DNA of 62,986 bases, the filler included, from Dugesia japonica (Eukaryota), in NCBI GenBank assembly GCA_001938525.1. It is 5 parts of 5 records of this genome, joined end to end, with 100 filler letters (N's around TTAATTAATTAA, not from the genome) between each part and the next. Parts side by side here need not be neighbours in the genome. Positions count along the whole stretch, not along the records: positions 11,731 to 26,937 come from MQRL01582687.1; positions 27,038 to 44,067 come from MQRL01574941.1; 3 more parts are not named here. The stretch is one strand, 5' to 3'. Within the stretch, counting starts at the first letter, position 1; the number at the start of each line of letters is the position of its first letter. Made by a program: the position numbers and the translations under genes. Below the pieces are notes generated by a model. The model worked only from the letters and a program-made list of their open reading frames with translations. It did no database searches and was not told the origin of the DNA. Of the stretch, positions 25,391-38,200 are shown one piece after another.

Positions 25391-26937
25391 GTGTTTTCCT
25401 TATTAAAAAACACTGCCGTCTATTTCCAGCTTTTTAAAAATTTATAAAAATAGGTACACTGCCTTTTATTTGGGTACTGCCTTCTATTAAATTTCTATAA
25501 AAATTAGAAAGAATGTCTATAATTATTTTTGTTTTTTGTAAATGTAAAAAAAATATTTATAATTTTATTAATGATAATGTAATTTATTCATTAATCACCT
25601 ATACATCGTCTTCATCGAAAAGGGCATCTGTCATCACTTGTATTATATTTTGGCTATTAACAAGAGGACCGAACTTTTCATGCTTCAATATTTCCGAGTC
25701 CTTCCAAGATGCACTTGGATGCATGTATGAAGCAATCAACTCGTTGTTAACTACTTCAGGTGTTATTTTATCCCAGGCATTTTTAATCCACGTCGTGACT
25801 TCATCAAGACTTGGCTTGATGGGATTTTCTCTTACATTTCTCTTCATACGGTGTTCAATGAAATCATTAATTTCGTCTCTAAGATAAATCTTGAATGGAA
25901 AGTTAATTACCAAATCAAGACTTTGAAGATGTGCTGTAAGGCCAGATGGTATTATAATAGAATCGATCTTTCTAATGCGCAAATTCTCTTTCATGCCCTT
26001 TGTACGATGAGAGGATGCGGAGTCCCAAACAAGCAGATGTCTTATGTTGTTAAGAAATTCTGATTTGAGATTTCTGTCCAATCATTGTTTGATAGTTTCT
26101 TGAGTTGCCCAGCCTTTCTAGCTTTCAAAAATATCGATACCGTTATTACTTGAAATTCCATTCTTTTTTCCCTTAGAAATGATCATCGGTGTAACTTTTG
26201 TACCATTACGCCTTATTGCCAAAATACATGTAACTCTAAATGACTCGTACCCGGTTGCCGCAATATAAATAGAACTTTTTCCCGTCATGTCAACTGTTTT
26301 TTGATTGATATCCCCATAATATACTGCTGTTTCATGCATGCATATAATATTAGAATTACCGTATTTTGTTAAATTCGTATCTTCAATAAACCTCTTGTAA
26401 GACAAAGCTCGTGCAACAACCTGATCATCTTAAATTTTAAACAGGGTTGTTGGTGCTCGCAAAGACAAATGAAATCTCTTCATGAAGTTAGAAAGCCAAT
26501 GAGGACTCACCTTAAACCCACTTTCATCTGTCTTTGCAAGTTGAAGTGCAAGCGCCTGGATATATCTGCGACTCACTATCCATCAACGGNTGCGTTTGTC
26601 TACAATCATGTCGAAAATATTGTCCTCCATTTCTTCAATGGTTGGCTTGCGGCCAGCTCCAGATTTTCTACATTTCATATACTGATAACCCAAATGTTCC
26701 TCCCCGAATTCAATTATCTGTTTTGAAATTAGTCTGATATGAATGTTATTCTCTCTTGACACTCCAGAAAGTGACTTATGTTCGAGTTGGCTGACAATCT
26801 CTTTTTTATACTCAATGCTATATGATTTTCTTCTGCTGATAATTAATTAACGGCTTGGTAATAAAAAATTTTTAAATAATGAGGTATATAAAATTTATTG
26901 GCAATCAATTTTAGAAAAATAATCTATAAAATATATT
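25389..26937 (-). mobile_element. pogo/Tigger-family transposon (HTH CENP-B + DDE_1), disrupted, truncated by scaffold end
   Basis: TA-CCGTGTTTTCCTTATT terminus abutting (TAT)n; RKSYSIEYK HTH, WLSNFMKRFHLSLRAPT, ICMHETAV, LLVWDSASSH, IPSGLTAHLQSLDLVINFPFK. Confidence 0.88.
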
Positions 26938-27037
26938 NNNNNNNNNNNNNNNNNNNNNNNNNNNNNNNNNNNNNNNNNNNNTTAATTAATTAANNNNNNN
27001 NNNNNNNNNNNNNNNNNNNNNNNNNNNNNNNNNNNNN
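26938..27037. other. Artificial scaffold-concatenation spacer
   Basis: 44N-TTAATTAATTAA-44N. Confidence 0.9.
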
Positions 27038-30000
27038 TTTAATATTTCTAAACCTAGTCTATAGACTACAGATTTCGTAACCTATGACCAGAAACATTCA
27101 TATTATTTGGATATAGTATTTCGTTTGTATTACTTCTTGCTTGACTAATCACATGTTTCGTCTGCCTCAGTTTCATCTTTTGTCTTTACCTTAGTAGCCG
27201 TTACTTCACTTCTTAATTTTACTTGACTCTTAATTTTTCAGTGGGGGAAGCGCAAAATATGAATCTTGTCCGCGGGCGCCAAACAAACTAGCTACACCTC
27301 TGCAGTGCATTAATACGTGTTGTTCATAATATGCTTTTAGTTTATTCATGATTATCGAAAGTATGTCAGGCATTGATAAACTTTTAGAATTTTAGCTTGA
27401 ATATGTATCTTGAAATTAATCTCATAAAGTTATAATCTTAAGAACTCATTATATTTATGATATGATTTTATTATAAATATGATATTAGTTATCTATATGA
27501 TTATTATTTTACCCATTAATTATTACTCATTGATTGATACCTGAATATTATAAGGTGCTATTTTATATTGTTAAATCATAACTATTATCATTTAGTTTAA
27601 TCTTATTTCAGATGGTTATGATTTTTAAATTAATTTAGATTTCAGTTAAGATTAACATGGTTGACAAAGCCGAGGTACCATTCGTTACTACAGCAGAATC
27701 GGGAATTTCTTTATATGATTAATTTTGAGTAATACTAAAGATTATATTAATTGGTAATCAACATCGTGCACGCCCGATTCAGCTTTTGGTGACTGATGAT
27801 CGAATATCTACTTAGGGGGAGGGGGTTATAATTAGAATTTTGTTGTGGAATCACTGTTGCTCGAATTGATGAGTTTGTCTATTTCTCGAATAATATAAAT
27901 TGATCAACCATTCGTGAAGCAGAAAACTTCATAAGTTTTCATCAGATGTTTGTCAAGATTATTTTGAATGTACATGATCTTCTTTATGAATTAACTAATT
28001 GACCAACTGTAATCAAAAAGAAATTGAAACATAAAGACGGGATACCACATAGTCCCGCATGGACTCAGGTTAGATAGAACAATGCACGGGGTATTGTCGA
28101 AATTCTGTGGGCTTTGGGGTATCTAACCCTAGAAAATATCAAGATGGTACTAATAAAAAGGACAATAATAGAAGGAAGATCATCAAGAGAAAGTGTCCAA
28201 GATAAAAAGCCTCGAAGCGCAACAATATCATTTTTGGTAGTTAAAATTGTACATTCATTGATTTTATCTGTATTTAAAATTCAATGTATGAATGAATCAC
28301 TTAATTGGCATAGGTTAATCTTCTACTTTTGTTGTTCTAGATTTTCATCTGGTTGTTCTCTTTATCTGTCATATTCACTCTACTCTTTTTTTGATTTTCC
28401 ATTTTTTAATTTTATGTATCTCCCGAATATCTCTCCCACATTTTTATCTTCAATAAGAATGTTTCTCTTACATACCTGCTCACAACTGTATCCAAAATTC
28501 TCCTGAGCCTCCGCTCCCCTTTTTTTACTATTTCTTTTCATAACCTCAAATAATCAAAAAACAGAGTAAAAGCTACTCTGGCAGTTATGATATAAGCAAA
28601 TTAAATAAAGGTTTTCCCTAAAATTCCAAAAACTAAAATGCAATAAACTGATAATAACGTCAATTTTTTTTCTTTTTTTTATATTTTATATAATTTTTAC
28701 CATGTATAATAAATTAATTAATAAATTTAAATTAATTAATTTCGCTTTCCTATTGTTTCAAATATTATTGTTTCATAATTGGCTGTCTGTTTGTTATTAT
28801 TACTTCTTTAAGGACCATTGGTTATTATTTTGTTTCTGTTATTAAATTATAATCTTTATTCGTATTAATTTTCTTAAACTTCTGATGTTGGAATTTATTG
28901 ACTTTATTCATTTTGTTTTGTTACTGTTCTTCACAATATTTTATTTATTATTATTTTCTAATTAATCTTTTCTATATTTGTGATACCCATTTACTTCAGT
29001 GTTATTGAGATTATTATTTTTTATTATATTATTCTTTTGTTTCACTACTATCATTGCAATTCTGTTAATATTGCCACTATCATCATTTTTCATATAATTG
29101 TTGAGCCGATCGTAATGATTCATTGGTTTAAGGTATTTATTGAGTGTCACCTTTTTATTAATAGTTATATGCTTTTATCTATTTTCAACTTCAATAACTT
29201 CTCCCATATTCTTTTATACCAGATCGTTCTACCCAACACACACGCTAATCATAATGAATAAAAACTAACTCTCCCATTACATTATCTAAGTATTATCTTT
29301 ACAAATCGCACATCTCAAACGCGCGTAGTTCTGAAAGAGAATTCATGATGCTAAATTTCAATAACTTATGTTCAATACTTATAAAGCATTAATTAGAGAA
29401 AAACTCCAATTATTCATTCAAATGATTCTTAATATTCTGAATTGCTGTTAAAATATTTTGAAAATATAAAATAAATTAATTTCAAACATACTTATTAATA
29501 TCGGTTAATATGACTTTTTTATATTCATTTAAAATTAAATTCATGCAATTAAAAGGCGTTTGTAAGTCAACCGAGAATGACAATTGTTTATGTATCAGCA
29601 TGACCAAATGTTATTCATACTTAGCTACATTAATTTACGAGCATCAAACTAATGCACATTAATAAGGTACAGTTAAAATTGATTTGACATACAGCACCAA
29701 TCGTCTGTCATGGCGATATTACACACCAGAAATGTATAGACTGCGATAAATTTAATGTAAAAACAGAAACTGTTTCTTTTGACATATTTTTTCAATAGGC
29801 AATTAATTATTTTTGTTTTCATTTTTAATTAATCAGTCATTGTGGGTCAATGTAATATCTCTTTAATGCTCCACAAAAAAGCGTGTGTGATTTTATGTAG
29901 TTACTGTTGAAATATGTTCAGAAACAGCCGTCACTGATTTGATCTCCATATGTTGTATTGATTTAATTCAATTAATAATATTTAAATTTCTTTTATCTTA

Positions 30001-31134
30001 TTCCAGTGATATTTTATAAGTGATTGTGAAAAAATATTTTTATTTCATATTTTTTCTCTATTGTTACTTTAGGAGTGGGCAGTATCAAATATGATATTTC
30101 AAAAGGAAATAAAATAAATTAAGGATATAAAAATTATTACTCGATAAAATCTTTAACAATGTTAAATAATTAACTTCGCAGAAATAAAATCAAAATAATT
30201 CAACAATAGACCATCAAAAATCTATCATTATAATTAATTTATTTTCCTTTTGTAATTTTCAGGATTAATTTTACTATTTAGTTGATAATTAAAAAATCAA
30301 CAAAAAAATTTAATTTAAAAATTTATCAATAAAATATAAAACAAAATACCGAGTTATTTAAAATGAAACTTTTTCTAATTAGCAGATACGAATATAATCA
30401 TGAAATTTTAATATTTAATTTATTGATTATTTTCCTTTTTGAAAAACATTGACTATTACTATAATTTTAATTAAAAGAAGTATAATAAATATTGATTTTA
30501 ATTTAAAATTTAATTAAAAACTTTGAAATTTATTTATAGGTGCAATTTTATTTTAATTATATTTTGCACATTTATTTGTTAGTATTGACATTGATATAGA
30601 AATTTTCCGATGTCTCCACAAGGTAATTGGAATCAAATTTAGTTGGATCAAAGCTGTCATCATTTCGTACAACATGCCGCCACATGAATATGGATTGCAT
30701 ATTAAATTTTGAATTTCTTTTCCAGCAACTAATTGGACCAACGGTTTGCATCAATCAACCCTGTCATGTTTTCAAATGCAATCACAATTTTCTAATTAAA
30801 TATTTGTGAAGTGTACATAGAATTCTTTGATAGATCAATGTCACAAAATGGAATTAGAGAAAAAACATTACTGACGGTAGGTAAAATCATTTGCTGACCT
30901 ATCTATCAATACTACTGAATTTTAATTCGTTACCTTAACGGACACACTCATTGCATAAATATTCTATGGATTTTATTGGCTTCATTTTTCGCGCTTATTA
31001 AAAACAAATCAAATTCGTTAATATTTATTTTCTTATTTAAAATTTATAATACTTTTTACGTTAAAGTCACAGATAAAGTAAATTTCATGAAAATAAAATT
31101 TAATTTTAAATTTTAAAATATTTTAGTATTCCAA

Positions 31135-32739
31135 ATGTCTGAAATTATGCCAAATATTGAGCCACATGAATTGGATCTACGAACATCGAGAAGCAGAAAG
31201 AGAAAACTTGTTGAAACTTTTACCGATGATACATTTTTACTACCATTGCAAAAACAATTAGAATCTAATCCAACTGTATCTTCAACTTTATATTCTCCTT
31301 CAATTATTAATTTAGTATCATCCATACAAAACAATCCAAATAAAACTCCCCAAGGATCTTTCCCGTATAACAACATTTTTCCTCATCATCTTCTACCATT
31401 ATTTCCAATTCACAATCGACAATTATTTAAATATTCCGAAATGAATAGGTTTATGCGTACTGGAATGGAATCAGCAAATTTTAATGACTTCCATCCATAT
31501 ATTCCAAAATCTACACATACTAGTCTTCAAAACAAAACTACACTAACTAATGATAGTGGGAAATCTTGCATTGAAATACCAATAATACATCCATCAACGA
31601 ATAACTCCCCTGTTTATATTTCTGAAATGACAGAAAAGTTTTCACCCAATAAAATAATTTCTGAAAAAACATCTAATAATCAAGAATCAGTTACAGATGA
31701 TAATCATTCTTTTGAGGAAAAGGAAGAAGAAGTCGAAGAAGAATATCTTGAAGCCAGACTCGATGATTCAGAAGCTAGAGAATCTGCAGATGGAAACGTC
31801 CAAAATTGGAACTATGAAGAACAATTTAAACAGGTTTTTATACTTAAAATTTAAGGAAACTTTTTATAACTTATAACATAATTTATATATTAAAATTTAT
31901 TTTAACAGGTATACATTAAACTATTTTGATTAATTTATTTCGAAATATTTTTTTTGTTTTCATTGAAACATAAAATAAATTTACAAGCACTGTATTTAGT
32001 TTTATATATTCAATTTAATTTGTATTACATGTTTTTAATCCATATTTATATATATATATATATTTTTAAACTGTAATTTAATTGCCAGAGAATTAGTATT
32101 AATTTAAAATATGGTTTTATAGCTTGAACTAATGTAGTAGTCATTTAACATTTTTTCTAACATTACAAAAACTTAACAATATGATCACTGAAAATTTTAA
32201 TAACAAAAATAAATTCCATCTTTTTGTTTTCATGATTGATTGACAAGGATTTCTTAGAAATGAAATTCGAAGGATGATAACAAAAGATACAAACATATCG
32301 CAGATGATATGAGACAGATATTTCATTAAATGAATAAAAGTTTATTAATTATTTATGAGCGGCTTATTAATGAAGAGTAATATGCTGTAACACTGAGAGA
32401 TCTGTTTATTTAATTAGGTTGTAAAGATGAAGATTATTTTGAATACACAATAAAATAATTCAGTAACCAAAACAATGAGTTTGCAATATTTATCAATTAA
32501 ACATCGATTCAATTCGTAAATAATTTATTGCAATATTCTATTAACAAAATGATTTAAAAATATTTGATTACATAAATGTTATAAAAATAAATTTATGAAA
32601 ATAAATTGCTAGACTAATATTAAATTAATTAATTATATCTTTTTACTGCACAATATTATTTAAAAATAAATAATATCGCAAAAAATATTAATGATAAATA
32701 ATAATAATAAATAATTATTAATTAATATATTAATGATTA

Positions 32740-32805
<66 letters not shown>

Positions 32806-35151
32806 NNNNNNNNNNNNNNNNNNNNNNNNNNNNNNNNNNNNNNNNNNNNNNNNNNTAATAATAAATAACGCCATTTAAAATAAAATTTTATTGTTATATA
32901 TTTCGACGGATCAACTGTTATCATCAGACTAAAAAATTAAAAAATGTGTTTATTTAGTCTGTATTATTTTAACAAAGATTCAAGATATTATAATGAATAT
33001 AAGATGGCTATAATCATAATGCTTAATTTTGAAAGTTTAAATTTTTTCTAATAAATTTTTTTTATTCAAATAACACTTTCCTATTATAATATTTTATATA
33101 ATATTTTTACAATTTTAACACCTAAAAAAATCAAAAAACGTTTTACAAATATTAAAAAAAATTTTTTTTTAATTAAACTTTGAAAATATTTGAAAAACGT
33201 TTTATGATTTTTTAGACTTTTATAGATTTTCTTATTGTAAATACATCATAAATAACATAAATAAAAAAAAATTACATCATAAATACATTTGGGGCCACAA
33301 AAATTCTGTCTTGGTTTCTGTAATTTGATACCCAAAGGTACTTGTGTTTTAAATATAATTCTTGGATTGTGTTTGAGTTTCGATTTTTTTATTATATTTT
33401 GCATGATTTTTCATTAATAAAAGGTAATTTAATTATTGTGTTTCTCTTTTGTTTGATTTTATTAAATTTTGTATTCGAGGATAAAGACTTAGATACATTA
33501 TTATTTGGATAGCCATTATTTAGGAATGTATTTTTTATCAACCTGAGGGAAGTCAATATCATTTCTTTATTTGAAGATAGTCTTTCAGCTCTTATTCTTT
33601 CACCCTCGATTATTACAATTTTCTGTCAGATGGTAGTATTACTACTCCAGAGTAATATATGTCCACTGTGAAACAGTTTCATATAACTGGGTAATTAATA
33701 TTTCACCAATTTTCTTTTGGATTACAGTGTCCAGAAAAGGAATCTGAAAGTCGATTGACTTCTCTAAAGTAAATTTGATATTATCATTAATATTATTGGC
33801 TAATTCNAAAATATTTTCAAAGGAGAATTGGTAACAAAGAACATAATCTTTATATACCTAAACTATATATGTATTTTCTACTTAGCTATGAGAATTATTT
33901 TACTTTCAATAAAGTTCATAAAAATTATAGCTAGAATAGGAGATATATTGTTACCCATTGCCAGACATTTTTTTGTTTAAAAAGTGTGTTACGGATAAAA
34001 ATGATGCTAGAGCACAAACATAAATTGATAAGACATTTGAAATTATTTTTGATGATTTCTGGAATATCTTTATGTTCTTTATATCTTTCAAAGAAATCAC
34101 TTACAATATAGATGACATTTTCAGGTCCTTCAATGGTGATTGATCTATATAGATTTGTTATATCCAATGAACCAATTTGATCATCGTTCTTCCAGTTATA
34201 ATTCTTAATTCGTTCAACAAACTCTTTTCCAAATGTGCCCGAATAATACTCAACAATAGTCTCACACAATCTGCCATAAGTTTGCATAATAAAGTATCAG
34301 ACGCATTGGCATTAGGTCTTCTTTTCATTATTGTTTTATGATCTTTAGGAACACACTATATAGATGATGGAACTAGTTCATGACATTTTACTGTTAAAAA
34401 TAAATATTTTTATAATAATAATAATTGTACTCTTGATTTGCTGTTCATTATAAATTACATGGCAAATGAAAAACAACACTTTCTGTGGATGAAAGGTGTC
34501 TTTAGCTGTAGTGATGTACTTTTTCTAAGTGGCCATCTTTGTATTTTAACGGGATATATTTTCTTTATCCATTACTACTCTGTCTAAAAATGATGCACTT
34601 CTCATTGTATTTAATACAGCATGACACTGTTTTATCTGTGTTTCGGTCAAATTATTCTGTACCTAAATTTCTTCATAATTCTAAAAACGTGAAATGAGTT
34701 ATTCATATATAAATCTAATTTTCCTAAATGGTAATCCTGAATTAAGCTCAATAAATATTTTTATTCTATCCGCGTCAGTAAAGAAAAAACGACCCGATCT
34801 TTACTCATCTGCTAGATTATTATTACCACTATCCAATTTGAAAAGCCGTCCTTGGTTCTATGTAACTGAAAAATGATTCTCAAAGAACACTTCATAAATT
34901 TCTTTCCACTTCAGTAGATAGATAGAAACATACTTGAACAAAGACTTTCTACCTTGTCAGCCAATCAGATTGCGTTTAGTCAATTAGTTAATATTATAGT
35001 CCACAACACTAAAATTACATTCTTTCACACTAAATTCTATGCCAACACAAAAAGTTTAATCCATTACACTAAATTTACATGAAGCTAATTAAAAATTTGC
35101 ATCAATTACATAAAGGTCATTAAAATTTTTCATATATTTACTAGAAGTCAA

Positions 35152-35201
<50 letters not shown>

Positions 35202-38200
35202 TTAATAAATTATAATAATTTAATTTTTGTTTTACCATATTAAATGAAAAACTATGGTTTACAATTAATTATTATAAAATTATATATTAATTATTATGTT
35301 TTATTGCGTTAAATAAAAATACGGCTATCGTTACAGTCTAGAATATTCTAGTGTGTAATGACATCGGAAATATATACAGTGTGCCACAAAAAACCAGTCA
35401 TTGTTAATATATTTCCTTAATAAGTTTTTATCATTATTTATATTTTTGTGTCTTAAAGAGATTAAATTAAAAATTTTTATTTTTAAATTCCACAAAAAAT
35501 TGATAAGTTAAAGTTGTCTTCATATGCATTAAACATTTAATTTGCATTAAATCGATTTAATTTTAATCTTTAAATATATCTAAACTAGATGATTTAACAT
35601 GTGGTAAAATTTTAACCTTAAATTATCAAAAATTTTCAGGTAGAAAAATTACTGAAATGTCGGATAAAACCAGTCTACTGTTGGAGATTTTTTACGAAGA
35701 TATAATGACAGAGGTAGTTGTTAACGAAAAATGGGTTCTGGTCACCCTTCTTTTATTCAAAGAAAATAGAGTGGCTTTGTTCCAAATTTTAGAAAAGAAC
35801 CTAAATTAAGCGCTGTTAAAATATCGAAGTGTTTAAATGAGTGAAGAAGAGTAGTTGTTTCTTCAGAAACTATAAGAATGATGCGTAGGAAGGGCGACTA
35901 CATTGATTGTTCTCCTGTCAAAAAATAACTTCTTCCTAAAAAAATAAAATCTTAAAAATAAAAAAATTAAAGATTTGTAAAAAAAATGTTATTTAAGCTA
36001 AATAATATGTGGGAAGATGTTATTTTCTAAAATAAATCGAAATTTATTCTTTTTTAATTCTGATGGAGCAGATTAAGACGGGAGAAATTCTGGCCCAGCT
36101 CGTATCTCGAATGTACTGTAAAACATGAAAGAGGAAATGTTATAATATGGGGTTGCATATCATCAAAAGATGTAAGTAAATTGACTTTTATTGATGGAAT
36201 TATGAATTATGATGGATTTATGTTTATATAAATATTTTAACTAATTACTTGTCTGTTTCTGCAAAAACCACGGGTCTTAATCGTTATATATTTCAACAAG
36301 AAATATATAAAAACACAAATCAGCTTATACAAAGCAGTTTTTTGAAGAAAATACTATCAATTTGCTTCTTTGGCTTTCTCAATCATCACATTTGAACCTT
36401 AATGAATATGTTTAGGCTCATATAAAACAAAATCTTTGAGGAAAATACTTCAAAAATATGGAAGCCGTAAAAGCATAGATAGTAAATATTTTCAAGAGTA
36501 TTGATCAACAATTTATAGTTAATCTAATAGATTAGATGCCAAGAAAAATAAATGAAGTCATAAAAGTTAACAGGGGCCATATAAATTATTAAATTTNTAG
36601 TTACCGGTTTTTATGTGAAATTTAAAAATGAAAATTTTTAATTTAATCTCTTAAAGACATCAGAAACGAAAAAAGATTGTAAACAATGATAAATAAACTT
36701 ATTAATGAAATATACCTTCATTTTCTTTTAGTTTTATTTTAACAATGACTTCTTGATAAAAATGGAGAGACCAGTTTTTTGTGGCACACTGTATGTGCAT
36801 CAATTGCAAGATGCATATACTATTTCATCATTATTAAGTTTACTATATTATATGTTTTAATTTATATATATTAATATGAACTATGACAAATAATATAGCA
36901 AATTTAATATATTTTATGCAAATAATATGGGAAATTAAATAAATTTATGAAAACAATGTGAAATTAAATTTATTTTATGCAAAAAATATGAGGAATGAAA
37001 TTATTATGTAAACAGATAAATTTATAATCAATTTATAAGTTAAATTTTAGGTAAATAGTTTTGCTGAGCCATTGTTTTCTGCGTTTCATATTGACATAAA
37101 GACACTATTTTTAATCATCAGTTACAACTATGTAAATAAAACGGTGCTTGTGACCATGAGTAAAGCGATGTTGAGCGAAAAAATTGGCCGCAGTTGTGGT
37201 GCACTGATTTTTGTTCTTTTCGCTCAATGTGTGAGTAACCCAAGCGCTGAGTTTCTAAGAATTTACCATTGAGTGAAGACTGTTCATCATCATTTATGAC
37301 AGCCATTCATCTCTATTGCCAATTCTCTGGTTGCCTGACAGGAATATTTCCGTGGAATTTTATTCAATCGTCCTTCATCAAAGCTAATTGAGTGCCCAGT
37401 GCGAAGTCTGTTCTCATGGTCAAAATTTCTACTTGTGAAACACAAAAACCAACAATGAGTGGAATTTTGTTGCATTGATCCTTTTACAACAAACAACACA
37501 AATCTCATGAACGGCTTGCGTGGTTGTAGATCCTCAATTATATGCAAAAAGCAAATGGTGTCGAAAGACTGCCTTTTGATTCACTTGGCGTTTTATTTAT
37601 TTAATTTAATCATTTAATTTCTGATTAAAATGTTATATTTTAAAAAACTAAACCCAACAAATTGAAAACTGGATTTTTTGTTTTCATTCTATGTTTAAAT
37701 TTAACAAATAATTGGCGACTTTTTATTTAATTTTGTTTAATTATCTGTATAGTTGTTGTTTCTTATATTTCTTGGATTAATGAAAATAAAATAAGATATC
37801 GATTTTAACATATTGTAATTAAATTTATTCTAAAAGTAACTAGTTTTATGTTTAACGTAACATCATCTTCAGAATATTTGTAAATTATTCAAGACACTAA
37901 AATTTTATACAAACATTAAATTTTTAAAAAATTATTTAACTAATGAACAAATTATTAATCTATAAAATATTTAATTTAGTTGATAAAAATCATTAACTTT
38001 ATTAATTTCATTTAGTATATTTTTAACATGAATTTAATTAATAATTTTAAATTTACAAATCTCACATAACTCTCTTTTGAAAAGGTTTTAGCCATTCTAT
38101 AATTCTTATCAATGTGTTTTCATTAGGTACAAAACTTTAACGAATACGTGTGATTATTTCATCTTTTTTCGTACATATTTTTTAATTAAAATAAACCTTG

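Noticed and set aside
27150-27172. CTGAGGCAGACGAAAC (minus) as another hammerhead
   Set aside because: The core lacks CUGANGA and no stem I or II can be formed.
28114-29261. Hydrophobic or Asn-rich ORFs (130, 93, 62 aa)
   Set aside because: No motifs or splice structure; the composition is explained by T-rich low-complexity sequence.
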